Below, piece by piece: positions 1 to 8,887 of a stretch of DNA of 51,392 bases. The first letter of the stretch is position 1; every line of letters begins with the position of its first letter. The notes below the pieces were generated by a model. The model saw nothing but the letters and a program-made list of their open reading frames with translations. It had not been told where the DNA came from and searched no databases. The stretch covers positions 1 through 51,392 of the IMG/VR virus record IMGVR_UViG_3300033153_003717; one strand, written 5' to 3'. The translations under genes were made by a program, and so were the position numbers. This DNA is from a virus. Its lineage: Duplodnaviria; Caudoviricetes.

Positions 1-479
1 TTTGCTGTTTTCAACAGTTCGTGTGTTTTCTTCTAACCATTCGTAAGCATTTTCTAAAGAATGATAGTTATCAGTTCTAATAACCATTTTATGTTTTTGA
101 CTGAAAGCATACCCCAAAAATTTTTGTTTCAAACCTTTGTGTGGGAAAATATGAGCCTTAGCCAAAATCATTTTTCCATATACGTTAGCATATTCAACTT
201 TAGGAACAAACAATTGTTCAATGATATTTGGATTGTTGTCAAGAGCCAATCGAGTAAATTTCCTCACTTCATACATAACCAAATCTACAGCGTTTTCATC
301 ATTTTTTCCATCGTCACGCTTAGACTTGATGCTCAAATCAACTTCTTCAACTCGTTCAAATCCAAATACAGCATTTTCATCTGGTAAAAAGACTCCACTG
401 AAATCTGTATCAGATGTCGGCGTATTTCTACAACATATTCTAAAATTTTATACTTTGTTGCAATTTCTCGTGCATCCAT
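1..479 (-). pseudogene. Frameshifted nucleotidyltransferase (RlaP/YcgL-like, Pol-beta superfamily), runs off window
   Basis: ATG at 479 with a GGAG SD reads MDAREIATKYKILEYVV. A second frame from 426 reads NTPTSDTDFSGVFLP...YEVRKFTRLALDNNPNIIEQLF...KFLGYAFSQ and is open to base 1. The expected GSxxYG motif between the two parts is absent. Confidence 0.7.
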
Positions 480-482
480 TAT

Positions 483-593
483 TTACCACTCCAATAATAC
501 TGATTCGTATCTTTCTTCCAATAAAAAATGTTCCAATAAATCGACTTCTTCTTCCTCAGTCAAATAAAACATATCTTTTAAATAATCATCCAT
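483..593 (-). CDS. Small acidic hypothetical protein (36 aa, MDDYLKDMFYLTEEEEVDLLEHFLLEERYESVLLEW)
   Basis: Read by hand. AAAGG SD upstream, directly downstream of the sigma70-like promoter at 625-653, and abuts the start at 479. Confidence 0.55.
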   Translation of the reverse strand: MDDYLKDMFYLTEEEEVDLLEHFLLEERYESVLLEW

Positions 594-624
594 TACAAAA
601 CCTTTCATTTGTTTTCTTTACCAG

Positions 625-653
625 AATATAATAAATAGAGCATTCATTGTCAA
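625..653 (-). promoter_or_regulatory. Sigma70-type early promoter
   Basis: Minus strand TTGACA-17 bp-TATATT, preceded by AATAAAT; same architecture as 24381-24409. Confidence 0.75.
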
Positions 654-663
654 ATTTATTTTT

Positions 664-679
664 TGGTACGATTATTGTA
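664..679 (+). promoter_or_regulatory. Sigma54-like -24/-12 promoter (TGGTACG-ATTA-TTGTA)
   Basis: Matches the TGGCACG-N4-TTGCW spacing, with GT instead of GC at -12. Lies about 40 bp upstream of the 717 start. One of three intergenic copies. Confidence 0.6.
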
Positions 680-716
680 TATGTATTAGTAGATAAATTA
701 ATACAGGAGAAACCAA

Positions 717-1193
717 ATGAAAGTTAAACTATTATTTTTATTAATGTTATTACCATTATTAACAGGATGCTATACTACATATCATCATATTCGCCCTAAT
801 AATGTAAATGATGTTTACGTTTATGATGTAAACTATGTTTATGATTATGCTCATCCATATTATTACAACAGTTTAAATTGGTATCCATATGTTCAACTCA
901 ACTACACATATTGGAATAAATATAAACAAATAAAACATCGTAAACCACGACCATTTAAAAAAAGTAATAATGTAGTCCAAACACGACGTTATCCAACTAC
1001 ACGGACTACATTGTTACCCAAACATCACATTAACCAACGAAACGGGCTACAAAGTTACCCCAATCGTACCTTAATAAAAAAAGAAAAACAATCTGTTCGT
1101 AAATCGTCTACAAAGAAAACGACCACACGGAAATCAACTTCGACCCGCAGGACGAAGAAAACAAACAAGCGTTCAATAAAAACAACACGTTAA
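717..1193 (+). CDS. Putative lipoprotein with Tyr-rich middle and basic low-complexity tail
   Basis: Signal peptide II ending in lipobox LLTG-C; AGGAG SD. Confidence 0.75.
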   Translation: MKVKLLFLLMLLPLLTGCYTTYHHIRPNNVNDVYVYDVNYVYDYAHPYYYNSLNWYPYVQLNYTYWNKYKQIKHRKPRPFKKSNNVVQTRRYPTTRTTLLPKHHINQRNGLQSYPNRTLIKKEKQSVRKSSTKKTTTRKSTSTRRTKKTNKRSIKTTR

Positions 1194-1198
1194 GACTT

Positions 1199-1214
1199 TG
1201 GTACGATTGTTGTA
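1199..1214 (+). promoter_or_regulatory. Sigma54-like -24/-12 promoter (TGGTACG-ATTG-TTGTA)
   Basis: Second copy of the motif, about 50 bp upstream of the 1263 start. An IHF-like AAACAA-N4-TTA lies just upstream. Confidence 0.6.
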
Positions 1215-1262
1215 TGTAATAAATGTAATTAACGTAATACAATAATCATAAAGGAGAACAAC

Positions 1263-1646
1263 ATGAAGAAATTTATTTTACTATTAATTTTTATTTTCGG
1301 AGTATCTACTTTCACTTTTGGACAAGATACCCTACGAACTAATTACAAAGACAAACCACGCTGGGATGCTAATGCTAATAAAGCAAAACAAAATCAACAA
1401 AGAGCTAACCGTGTTGATAGATTCATTGATGAAGATGGCGATGGTATCAATGATATAGCCCAAGAACGTTTTGAACGCAGACTTCAAAATAGATCTGAAA
1501 ATCGAAATGAAGATGGAACTTGTGACGGTGAAATGAATCGCTATCGTTATAATAACCGCAATCAAAATCAAACTGGACTTGGTGATGGACAACCTACTGG
1601 TAATGGTGGAGATGACGCTACTAAAACACAAAAAGGTAAAAATTAA
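1263..1646 (+). CDS. Secreted protein with DxDxDG Ca-binding-like motif and N/Q/G/R-rich tail
   Basis: Sec signal MKKFILLLIFIFGVSTFTFG; motif FIDEDGDGIND; AAGGAG SD. Confidence 0.75.
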   Translation: MKKFILLLIFIFGVSTFTFGQDTLRTNYKDKPRWDANANKAKQNQQRANRVDRFIDEDGDGINDIAQERFERRLQNRSENRNEDGTCDGEMNRYRYNNRNQNQTGLGDGQPTGNGGDDATKTQKGKN

Positions 1647-1660
1647 TCTACTAAAACAAG

Positions 1661-1687
1661 AAAGGGAAGTGTAAACTTCCCTTTTTT
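1661..1687. terminator. Bidirectional intrinsic terminator
   Basis: Hairpin AAAGGGAAGT-GTAA-ACTTCCCTTT with T run, between convergent genes. Confidence 0.75.
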
Positions 1688-3086
1688 ATGTTAAATCATC
1701 TAATTTTTTTCGTTCTCTTATTTCATTTACCTTTTCACCAAGTTGCATTCGTTCTAATTTTCCACCTTCCGCTGTATCTTGTGTTGTTCTTTTTCCATCA
1801 TCACTTCGTTCTTCAAACAATTGCATAATTCCATTTGAAGCATTCATCTTACTTGGAAAAGTAAACCCATCAGGACCAAACCTATTCTTTATTACATGAA
1901 CTCTACCAGTATGAGCAAGTTTATCTTTTGTCTTTCGTTGTAATGACATAACAAAATCAGAAATCATAACTTTATTATATGATTCGGCTATTTTACCAGC
2001 TTCTATAATTTCATCATCTAAACTGGAACGATTCGCTTGACTGGCTGCCCAAATTGGAACTTGTAATTCTCCCGCCAATCCACGAGTATGTTCATAAATA
2101 TTTTCAAGTTCAAATCGTTTGTCATTATTTGAATAATTAAGTTGGGCTTTTAATAAATCAGGATAATCAATAATAATTAAATCAGGTTTAAAACCTTGTG
2201 ATTCTGTTCTAACAATGTGAGTTCGTAATGTGTCAACAGAAGCATTTTTCGTAGGATAATATTTAATAATCAAATTCCCACGTGCTTTACTAATCGCTGT
2301 CAATACTTCTTCTTGGTGAAATTTTATATCTTGTGAAGCAAATCCAGTCGTATTAGCATCATGGCGAAGTCCAACATAATCTTCATTCAATTCCATTGTA
2401 TAATAAATTACAGTCTTTCCAAGTTTAACAGCATGATTTGCAATAGCAACTAACATCCACGACTTTCCAATACCACCAGGAGCAACTACGACACCAAGTT
2501 CACCAGCACCCAATCCACCATCCATAATTTCATTTACTACTTCCCACGGTGTAGGAACAGGACTTCTTAATGTATCTTCAATTCGTCGATTGAAATATTC
2601 TTCTTCTTTCCAAATAACTCCAATATCTCGTTCTTCACCTGCCTTCAAAGCATTATCAATTGTAGTTCTTATGTCATCATATCTTCCAGCTTGTATCAAA
2701 TCAACTGAATCTAATACTGCTTGTTTCATCACTTGATTTCGTGTAAATTTTAAAAAATTGTCTTGAACATATTTGAGATCAGAAACACCAAAATTATTGT
2801 AAATCGACCTTAATTTTTCAACGATACTTTCTTTCATTGTAACATTGTCGACTTCTTTTTCCAATTCAAGTTTGAAGACTTCCGGAGTTGGAACAATCCT
2901 GTGTTCATTGTAATAATCAAGAGCCACTTTTACAATCCATTTCATAGAATCAGAATCATAAAATTCGGGATCAACTATGTCGTGAATTTGTTCGAAAAAT
3001 GTAGAATCTTTTAAGAGGGCTGTAACCGTTTTAATCTGAAATGATATACCATATTCAGTGAGGGTATCTAAATTTTGTTTAGCCAA
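1686..3086 (-). CDS. Replicative DNA helicase (DnaB / T4 gp41-like)
   Basis: Walker A APGGIGKS, YYTMEL, Walker B IIIDYPD, WAASQANR, KNRFG. Confidence 0.92.
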   Translation of the reverse strand: MAKQNLDTLTEYGISFQIKTVTALLKDSTFFEQIHDIVDPEFYDSDSMKWIVKVALDYYNEHRIVPTPEVFKLELEKEVDNVTMKESIVEKLRSIYNNFGVSDLKYVQDNFLKFTRNQVMKQAVLDSVDLIQAGRYDDIRTTIDNALKAGEERDIGVIWKEEEYFNRRIEDTLRSPVPTPWEVVNEIMDGGLGAGELGVVVAPGGIGKSWMLVAIANHAVKLGKTVIYYTMELNEDYVGLRHDANTTGFASQDIKFHQEEVLTAISKARGNLIIKYYPTKNASVDTLRTHIVRTESQGFKPDLIIIDYPDLLKAQLNYSNNDKRFELENIYEHTRGLAGELQVPIWAASQANRSSLDDEIIEAGKIAESYNKVMISDFVMSLQRKTKDKLAHTGRVHVIKNRFGPDGFTFPSKMNASNGIMQLFEERSDDGKRTTQDTAEGGKLERMQLGEKVNEIRERKKLDDLT

Positions 3087-3097
3087 ATTATATCTCC

Positions 3098-4141
3098 TTA
3101 ATGAGTTGTGAGGGCGAATGTGTTTAATTTAGAAAAATTTAATTTCAACCAAGAATCCAAATTTGGAATTGCGGAATATAACTTATCTTCCAAAAAATGT
3201 GTTTTAAAATTTTGGTTATGTATTGTACTAATTGGAGCACCAATAAGTTCCCGTATTTTTGATTTAGTAGAACCACTGATTTCTATTTCGCCTAACTTCA
3301 TTAATGTATAATTTCGTTCAAGATCATCCATTTCTTCAACAAGTCGTTTCGCTGTTTTATTATCAATACTCTTATGTAAAAAATCTTTAAATTCATTCCA
3401 TGTTATATCTACATCAGATGTTATTAAAGGTAAATTCTTTTGAATTGTTTTAATACCAATTCCCTTTATTCCAGGAATGTTATCACTCTTGTCGCCAGAT
3501 ATAATTTTCAAATAAATATGATTACCAGGAGTAAATTCATAATCTTCTTTAACTAATTCAGGTGTATAAAGTTTTTTTCGAGGAGGATTCCATATAGATA
3601 TTCTGTCATTCACCAATTGAACAAAATCGCCATCAGTCGACATAATTACAACCTTTTCTGTGAAAACTTCATCAGCAAGATATGCAAGTACATCATCAGC
3701 CTCTATATTGTCGTGAATTAATACTGTAATTGGTAACTGTTCTAAATAATCAGCAATCCGCATTAATTGTCTCATAGCATTCTTATGTTCGTCGTCAGCA
3801 TCTTCAAAGTCATATGCTCTATTAAGTCTTACTCTTAACCCACGACGATTTGCTTTATAATCATCATAAACTTTCCTACGTCGTTGGCTCCCACCTTTTC
3901 CATCAAATACAACTACACATCGAGTAGGAGACATTTGCCGAATGGCAACACATAACGAATTGAAAAATCCTGTGATACCTCCAATGTGTGTTCCATCATC
4001 ATTCATGGTAGGATTACACGAAAATCCCCGTAGATAAATGTTTAGACCATCAACTAAAAGCACTTTTGAATTGATATTTGTTTGTTCACTTTTTTCTTTT
4101 TTGATCTTGGCAAGAATTTCATTGATATTATTAATCTGCAT
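3098..4141 (-). CDS. 5'-3' exonuclease / flap endonuclease (T4 RNase H-like)
   Basis: LLVDGLN, VVFDGKGGS, YKANR, EADDVLAY, STDGDF, GDKSDNIPGIKGIG (H3TH). Confidence 0.9.
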   Translation of the reverse strand: MQINNINEILAKIKKEKSEQTNINSKVLLVDGLNIYLRGFSCNPTMNDDGTHIGGITGFFNSLCVAIRQMSPTRCVVVFDGKGGSQRRRKVYDDYKANRRGLRVRLNRAYDFEDADDEHKNAMRQLMRIADYLEQLPITVLIHDNIEADDVLAYLADEVFTEKVVIMSTDGDFVQLVNDRISIWNPPRKKLYTPELVKEDYEFTPGNHIYLKIISGDKSDNIPGIKGIGIKTIQKNLPLITSDVDITWNEFKDFLHKSIDNKTAKRLVEEMDDLERNYTLMKLGEIEISGSTKSKIRELIGAPISTIHNQNFKTHFLEDKLYSAIPNLDSWLKLNFSKLNTFALTTH

Positions 4142-4144
4142 AAC

Positions 4145-4534
4145 TTATTCCCTCAAATTGTTTACCATCTTTTCTATATAACGCATCATATTTCTTACTT
4201 TTTTCCAATCATGCTCCCAAATGATTCTAACCTTGAATCCTTCATTTTTGGCAAATTCGATTTTCTTTTTATCCTTTTCCCATTTTTCCCACACATATCT
4301 TTTTTTTACTTTATCCCAAAAATCAGGAGGGTATATTTCTTTTGGATAATGCCAGCGATCGCCATAGTATTCAATAACAAGATTAAGTTCTTTAACATAT
4401 AAATCATAAGGTAAATTTTCAATACGAAATTCATCTACAACACCATAACCCAATTTACGAAAGGCTTTAGATACTTGAGCATGCCCTTTACTTTTCGTTG
4501 TACTTTTTCGTTTCCGTTTGTATTTTTTAGCCAA
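4145..4534 (-). CDS. Vsr/DUF559-like PD-(D/E)xK endonuclease (likely TTG start at 4534)
   Basis: PYDLY...VIEYYGDRWH...KDKKK...GFKVRIIWEHD. A GGGA SD-like element precedes the TTG at 4534; the track start at 4576 lies inside a hairpin. Confidence 0.7.
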   Translation of the reverse strand: MAKKYKRKRKSTTKSKGHAQVSKAFRKLGYGVVDEFRIENLPYDLYVKELNLVIEYYGDRWHYPKEIYPPDFWDKVKKRYVWEKWEKDKKKIEFAKNEGFKVRIIWEHDWKKVRNMMRYIEKMVNNLRE

Positions 4535-4535
4535 T

Positions 4536-4586
4536 AAAAAATCCCAGTGAGTTATACAGTCAGATATAAATATCAACCCACTGGGA
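4536..4586 (-). terminator. 13-bp hairpin plus U6, with a late-promoter motif in its loop
   Basis: Minus strand TCCCAGTGGGTTG...TAACTCACTGGGA-TTTTTT; the loop contains ATATTTATA (4565-4573). Confidence 0.65.
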
Positions 4587-4596
4587 AAAATATCAA

Positions 4597-5745
4597 TTAT
4601 TCTTCAATATTTTCAGGTTCTTCGACAACAGATTCTTCAACTACTGGTATTTCAATATCTAATCCAGCATCAGGATCTTTCTTTTTATATTTCATAACAA
4701 CTAATTCACATATTTTACCATATAAATATTCACGAAGTTTGTCGTCATTTTTCAATAATTCAGGCCATTCGTCAACAAGAAATTTAATTTCTTTTCCATC
4801 TGCATCAATGATTTTTGAACCAGGATTTGACCTCGTAACAACATCATTATCTTTAAGTATTTTTAACCAATGTTCTGAATCATCAATTCCACGATCAAAA
4901 AATACATCAAATAAAGCAACTCGAAATGGAGGACCAACTCTGTTTTTAATTACTTGAGCTTGAACCTTTACTCCAATAACTTCATCACCACCCGCAGCTT
5001 TCCGTTTTATTTGACCTATAAGTTTTAATCTAATACGAACTGATGCATGAAAACCTAATGCTCTACCACCAGAAGTTGTGAATTTATCACCAAACATAAC
5101 TCCTAATTTTTCCCTCAATTGATTCGTCGCTAAAACAGCAACTCGTTCTTTACCAATTAAACGAGTTATCTTTCTGAATCCCTTTGATAATATGATAGCT
5201 TTACCAGTCGCCCAACCATCTTTGTCATAATCACCTTCCATTTCAGCATTGGTCGAAGCACCAGCAAACGAATCAACGACTATTGTTACAAGTCTGTCTC
5301 TATTTGTTTCTCGAGCCTTGTTAATGATTTGTTCCATTGCTTCAAATATAGATTCGGCAGTATCCAATTGCACGTATAACATTTTAGATACATCCATTCC
5401 AATTGCTTCTAAGAATTCCATACTTAGTGCATTTTCAGTGTCAATATAAACTGCTACTCCACCTAATCGTTGCGTTTCAGCAAGTACATGACCTGCTATA
5501 AGTGATTTTCCAGAAGCTTCAAGTCCATTTAATTCTGTTATACGACCCACAGGAATTCCCCCATGAGGACGATTGGATATTGCTAAATCTAATATTGAAC
5601 TACGAGTCGAAATCCATTCCTTTACATCAGTCGGAGTTTCTTCTCCTCCTATGAAATAGGCTACTTGACCATCAGTCTTAAACTTTTTATTTAATGTTTC
5701 AGCAAGAGATATTGCTAAATCATTTTTTATTTCTTTTTTAGCCAT
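4597..5745 (-). CDS. recA: RecA/UvsX-like recombinase
   Basis: GGIPVGRITELNGLEASGKS, YIDTENAL, IVVDS, TNQLREKLGVMFGD, TSGGRALGFHASVRI, KNRVGPP. Confidence 0.93.
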   Translation of the reverse strand: MAKKEIKNDLAISLAETLNKKFKTDGQVAYFIGGEETPTDVKEWISTRSSILDLAISNRPHGGIPVGRITELNGLEASGKSLIAGHVLAETQRLGGVAVYIDTENALSMEFLEAIGMDVSKMLYVQLDTAESIFEAMEQIINKARETNRDRLVTIVVDSFAGASTNAEMEGDYDKDGWATGKAIILSKGFRKITRLIGKERVAVLATNQLREKLGVMFGDKFTTSGGRALGFHASVRIRLKLIGQIKRKAAGGDEVIGVKVQAQVIKNRVGPPFRVALFDVFFDRGIDDSEHWLKILKDNDVVTRSNPGSKIIDADGKEIKFLVDEWPELLKNDDKLREYLYGKICELVVMKYKKKDPDAGLDIEIPVVEESVVEEPENIEE

Positions 5746-5761
5746 GTATATTCTCCTAATT

Positions 5762-5792
5762 AAAAAGAAAAGTCGGGAAATAATTCCCGACT
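5762..5792 (-). terminator. Intrinsic terminator after SSB gene
   Basis: AGTCGGGAA-ATAA-TTCCCGACT hairpin with an A tract on its left (U tract on the minus strand). Confidence 0.7.
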
Positions 5793-5799
5793 AATCAAC

Positions 5800-6684
5800 T
5801 TATTTTGCATCCTTTTCAAAAATATTCGCAAAGGTAGCTTTCATTTCATCAAGATTGACATTATCAGCTTTTTTAGCTGACGGGTCATCTTTACCTTTAT
5901 CGCCAGTAGGTTCAAAAGATGGAGCGACAGGTGGAGCGGTAGGAGTTTCAGAAGTTTTAGGAGTTCCCGCAGTTTCCGTTTGTGTTTCAGGAGTTTCCGA
6001 TTGAGTTTCACCAGCAGGTTCTTCAACTTCTTCAGGATGTAAATATTTTTGAAGAGCTTCAGCTAATTCTTCATAGCTTTTTTCTTCATACAATTCATTA
6101 ATGTCAGGTTGTTCTTCAACAATCTTTGTTAAAATTGCACGTTCAGTCGTAACAGGAGACGAATTCATTTTGATTCGCATTTTAGGAGTGTTAAATTGTT
6201 TCCCTTCTTCCTTAACAGTATAAACAACAATGTCGCGTCCTGAAGCTGGGTCAGTAATATCACCACAATCAGGGTCAGCAATGTTAGAAAGCAATTCTTC
6301 GTAAATTGTCTTTCCAAATCCCCAAAATTTTACGCCTTCATGTTCTTGACCACGAACAATAATAGGTGCAAAAGTTCTTAATTTAGGTTCGAGTTGTTTA
6401 CCTTGAATCCAACTTTCTTTGTCGCCAGCATTTTTCAATTCTTGGGCGACTTCCATAATAGGATCTTGTTTCCCAAATGAAACAGGTGAAAGATAAGTTT
6501 TACCATTAAAATTATAGTGAAAATATAATTCAATAAAAGGATTATCAGGTTGAAATTTGTAAGGAACGATTCGAATAGTTTGTTCCTTGTCGGTAGGTTT
6601 CCAAGTTAAATTAGAATTTTTCTTGGATTTCGTAAGTTTAGCAAGACGCTCTCTAACAGCGTCCAAATTAATGGCTGTTCCCAT
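5800..6684 (-). CDS. gp32-like single-stranded DNA-binding protein (start likely 6684)
   Basis: WKP...IRIVP...ELYFHY...KFWGFGKTIYEELL...DITDP..GRDI; acidic/Pro-rich C-terminal tail; adjacent to recA; AGGAG precedes ATG 6684. Confidence 0.8.
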   Translation of the reverse strand: MGTAINLDAVRERLAKLTKSKKNSNLTWKPTDKEQTIRIVPYKFQPDNPFIELYFHYNFNGKTYLSPVSFGKQDPIMEVAQELKNAGDKESWIQGKQLEPKLRTFAPIIVRGQEHEGVKFWGFGKTIYEELLSNIADPDCGDITDPASGRDIVVYTVKEEGKQFNTPKMRIKMNSSPVTTERAILTKIVEEQPDINELYEEKSYEELAEALQKYLHPEEVEEPAGETQSETPETQTETAGTPKTSETPTAPPVAPSFEPTGDKGKDDPSAKKADNVNLDEMKATFANIFEKDAK

Positions 6685-6699
6685 AAGTGTTCTCCTCAT

Positions 6700-6786
6700 G
6701 TTTAGGTTTTAAGTTTAATGATTTAACGTTTAATCTCAACGTAACCATTGTGTTTTAATGTTTAATGTTTTAATGTTTAATAGTTT
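6700..6786 (-). promoter_or_regulatory. UUAAA-repeat leader; putative translational operator of the SSB gene
   Basis: Eight TTAAA units on the minus strand immediately 5' of the SD. Confidence 0.55.
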
Positions 6787-6847
6787 ATACTTGTATATTA
6801 ATATAAAGTTCCATAAAAAATTGACTTTTTTCAATTTATTTGTTAAA

Positions 6848-7243
6848 TTAAATGTCCTCTATTTTATATATTTTTGTTTTAATCTTTTTTAATCCGTCGT
6901 CGTCAGTTACTAATAATGTGTTTCTATATTTTTCCCAGTCGACTTCATAACTGGCATCCATTTTCCCATCATTGAAAAGGCTCACGACTTCATTAAGAGC
7001 ATTTATAGTATAGAGTGTATTCGTATGTTTTTTACGATGAATGGAAATTGTATTCCTCATCGTTTCTCCAGCAACTTTTTCGCTATCAATGTTATATGTT
7101 AATATCAATTCTCTACTATTATTCAAATTTTCTAATATGAATAATTTACCAAATGAAATTTCATATATGTTTTTTATTTCTTCAATTGTTTCTTCTAAAT
7201 TATTTTTCCGTGTAAATGTGCACAGTAACTGAGTTCCCTTCAT
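6848..7243 (-). CDS. Conserved phage hypothetical protein
   Basis: 131-aa ORF with AGGAG SD, lying between the nuclease-like gene and SSB. Confidence 0.7.
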   Translation of the reverse strand: MKGTQLLCTFTRKNNLEETIEEIKNIYEISFGKLFILENLNNSRELILTYNIDSEKVAGETMRNTISIHRKKHTNTLYTINALNEVVSLFNDGKMDASYEVDWEKYRNTLLVTDDDGLKKIKTKIYKIEDI

Positions 7244-7267
7244 TAATCGTCTCCTTTATTTCATCTA

Positions 7268-8851
7268 TTATATAATACTACTTACATCAATAATAGTATT
7301 TGTATTTACACTAATATCAATATCTAAATACTTTATTATTTCATTAAATCCTTCTTTTAAATATTTTTTAATCTTAATGATCAATTTTTTAATCTTTTTT
7401 ATAATATTCTTAATAAAATCCGTAAATTTTCCTTCAACAATTAATTTATCAGAATTTTCGATTCCTTCATTCAAATCTTTAGTGATTAATGAAACAACAG
7501 ACCAAAAATTATATTCTCCAGTTTTTATTTTCTCACCACCAATACTTTTTTTAACTGATACGCTTTTAAATCGAACAGAGGGTTTCATTTTCCCAGCAAT
7601 TTTCCCAGCAATAGCATCATTAATATCAGAATATTTATATGTTTTACCATCACCAGATATTGCCAATAACTTAGTAGCAAAACCGACAGACGATTTTCCA
7701 AATTTATGTTTTCCACTCATTGCTTCTTTTACAAATACTGTCCCGAAATTAGAATTTGAAGAAAATAATGTTTGCATATTAGATAACATTATTTTATGAG
7801 ATTCATTTGCTTTTTTAAGTAATTCAACTTCACTTTTTTGTTTAATATCTTTTATTTTAGAAGAATCACTTTGTAAGGCATCTTTTACAGTACCCATAAC
7901 TCTATGTCCACTTTCAACAAAATTATTCAATTCATTTACTATATTATTAACTATATCATTTTGAATATTAGGTATATCTCCCACCGAAGTCATAAAAGTT
8001 GCAAGTGATTCAGCTTTTCCACCAGACATAAGTTGAGATTTACCCCATTTAAGAGAAATATTATTTTTTCCTAAAATTATGTCAGTTTTTGGAGTTCTAT
8101 CATTTGCTCCATATTGTTTCCATTCAGCAGTAGTATCAACCGTACCAGAACCTAAATGTTTAGATTTACCAGTGATACCTATATTTTTTAATTTAGAAAC
8201 TATATTAACAGCAATTTCATCAAGCTCTTTATCTGATTCATATACTGTACCATCCCAGCGAGATATAATAGCATTTTCCAATTGAGTTCCTCGAGTTATA
8301 GCTTCATTTAAATTATTGTATTCATTTTCTTTAACAAGCAATCCATCTGTTTGTTCACAATAAATTTCACCTGTCATAAAACATTTGAATTTATTTTCTG
8401 TTAATACATCTTCCAATGAAATTGTATCTCCTGTTTCAATGATAGCCATTTTTTCTTTATCAAATTGATATGTTTCTATTGCCGCTGTCGTCTGTCCATC
8501 ATCTTCTAATTCCTCTTCCTCTTCTTCGCTATCCTGTGTAGGTAAAATATTTTGCATTTGAGAGGGATCATAATATGTCGAATGACCACTTCCTGTCATA
8601 TGAGTCTTTCCACGATTATATATAGCCGTTCCTGTTATTGATCTCATTGAATCCACTTCTTGTAAAATCTGCTTTTCATATACTAAATTCTGAATAATTA
8701 ATCCTATAGCATCAGTTGGTATATCATGCTCCACTAAAACATCTTTCAAAATCATTCTATGTTCAAAATTATTAATATCAGGTTTTCCATCAGAAACTTT
8801 ATATGACCAATCAGTTATAATGTCATCTATAAGTTGTGTTTTATCATACAT
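7268..8851 (-). CDS. Hypothetical protein with PD-(D/E)xK-like nuclease segment; possible internal head protein
   Basis: TPKTDIILGKNNISLK motif, several L-x-E sites, late motif upstream. Confidence 0.55.
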   Translation of the reverse strand: MYDKTQLIDDIITDWSYKVSDGKPDINNFEHRMILKDVLVEHDIPTDAIGLIIQNLVYEKQILQEVDSMRSITGTAIYNRGKTHMTGSGHSTYYDPSQMQNILPTQDSEEEEEELEDDGQTTAAIETYQFDKEKMAIIETGDTISLEDVLTENKFKCFMTGEIYCEQTDGLLVKENEYNNLNEAITRGTQLENAIISRWDGTVYESDKELDEIAVNIVSKLKNIGITGKSKHLGSGTVDTTAEWKQYGANDRTPKTDIILGKNNISLKWGKSQLMSGGKAESLATFMTSVGDIPNIQNDIVNNIVNELNNFVESGHRVMGTVKDALQSDSSKIKDIKQKSEVELLKKANESHKIMLSNMQTLFSSNSNFGTVFVKEAMSGKHKFGKSSVGFATKLLAISGDGKTYKYSDINDAIAGKIAGKMKPSVRFKSVSVKKSIGGEKIKTGEYNFWSVVSLITKDLNEGIENSDKLIVEGKFTDFIKNIIKKIKKLIIKIKKYLKEGFNEIIKYLDIDISVNTNTIIDVSSII

Positions 8852-8878
8852 CTATTATCTCCATAAATTATCCTTTTA

Positions 8879-8887
8879 TATAAATAT
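8879..8887 (-). promoter_or_regulatory. Candidate late promoter ATATTTATA
   Basis: Recurrent intergenic motif upstream of a minus-strand gene start. Confidence 0.55.

Noticed and set aside
424-450. Programmed -1 frameshift rescuing the nucleotidyltransferase
   Set aside because: There is no canonical slippery heptamer, and neither frame encodes the GS motif.
61-631. Plus-strand ORFs 61-387 and 221-631
   Set aside because: They are antisense shadows of the minus-strand nucleotidyltransferase and lack an SD.
6790-6840. Sigma70 promoter for the SSB gene
   Set aside because: TATATT is present but no -35 sits at proper spacing.
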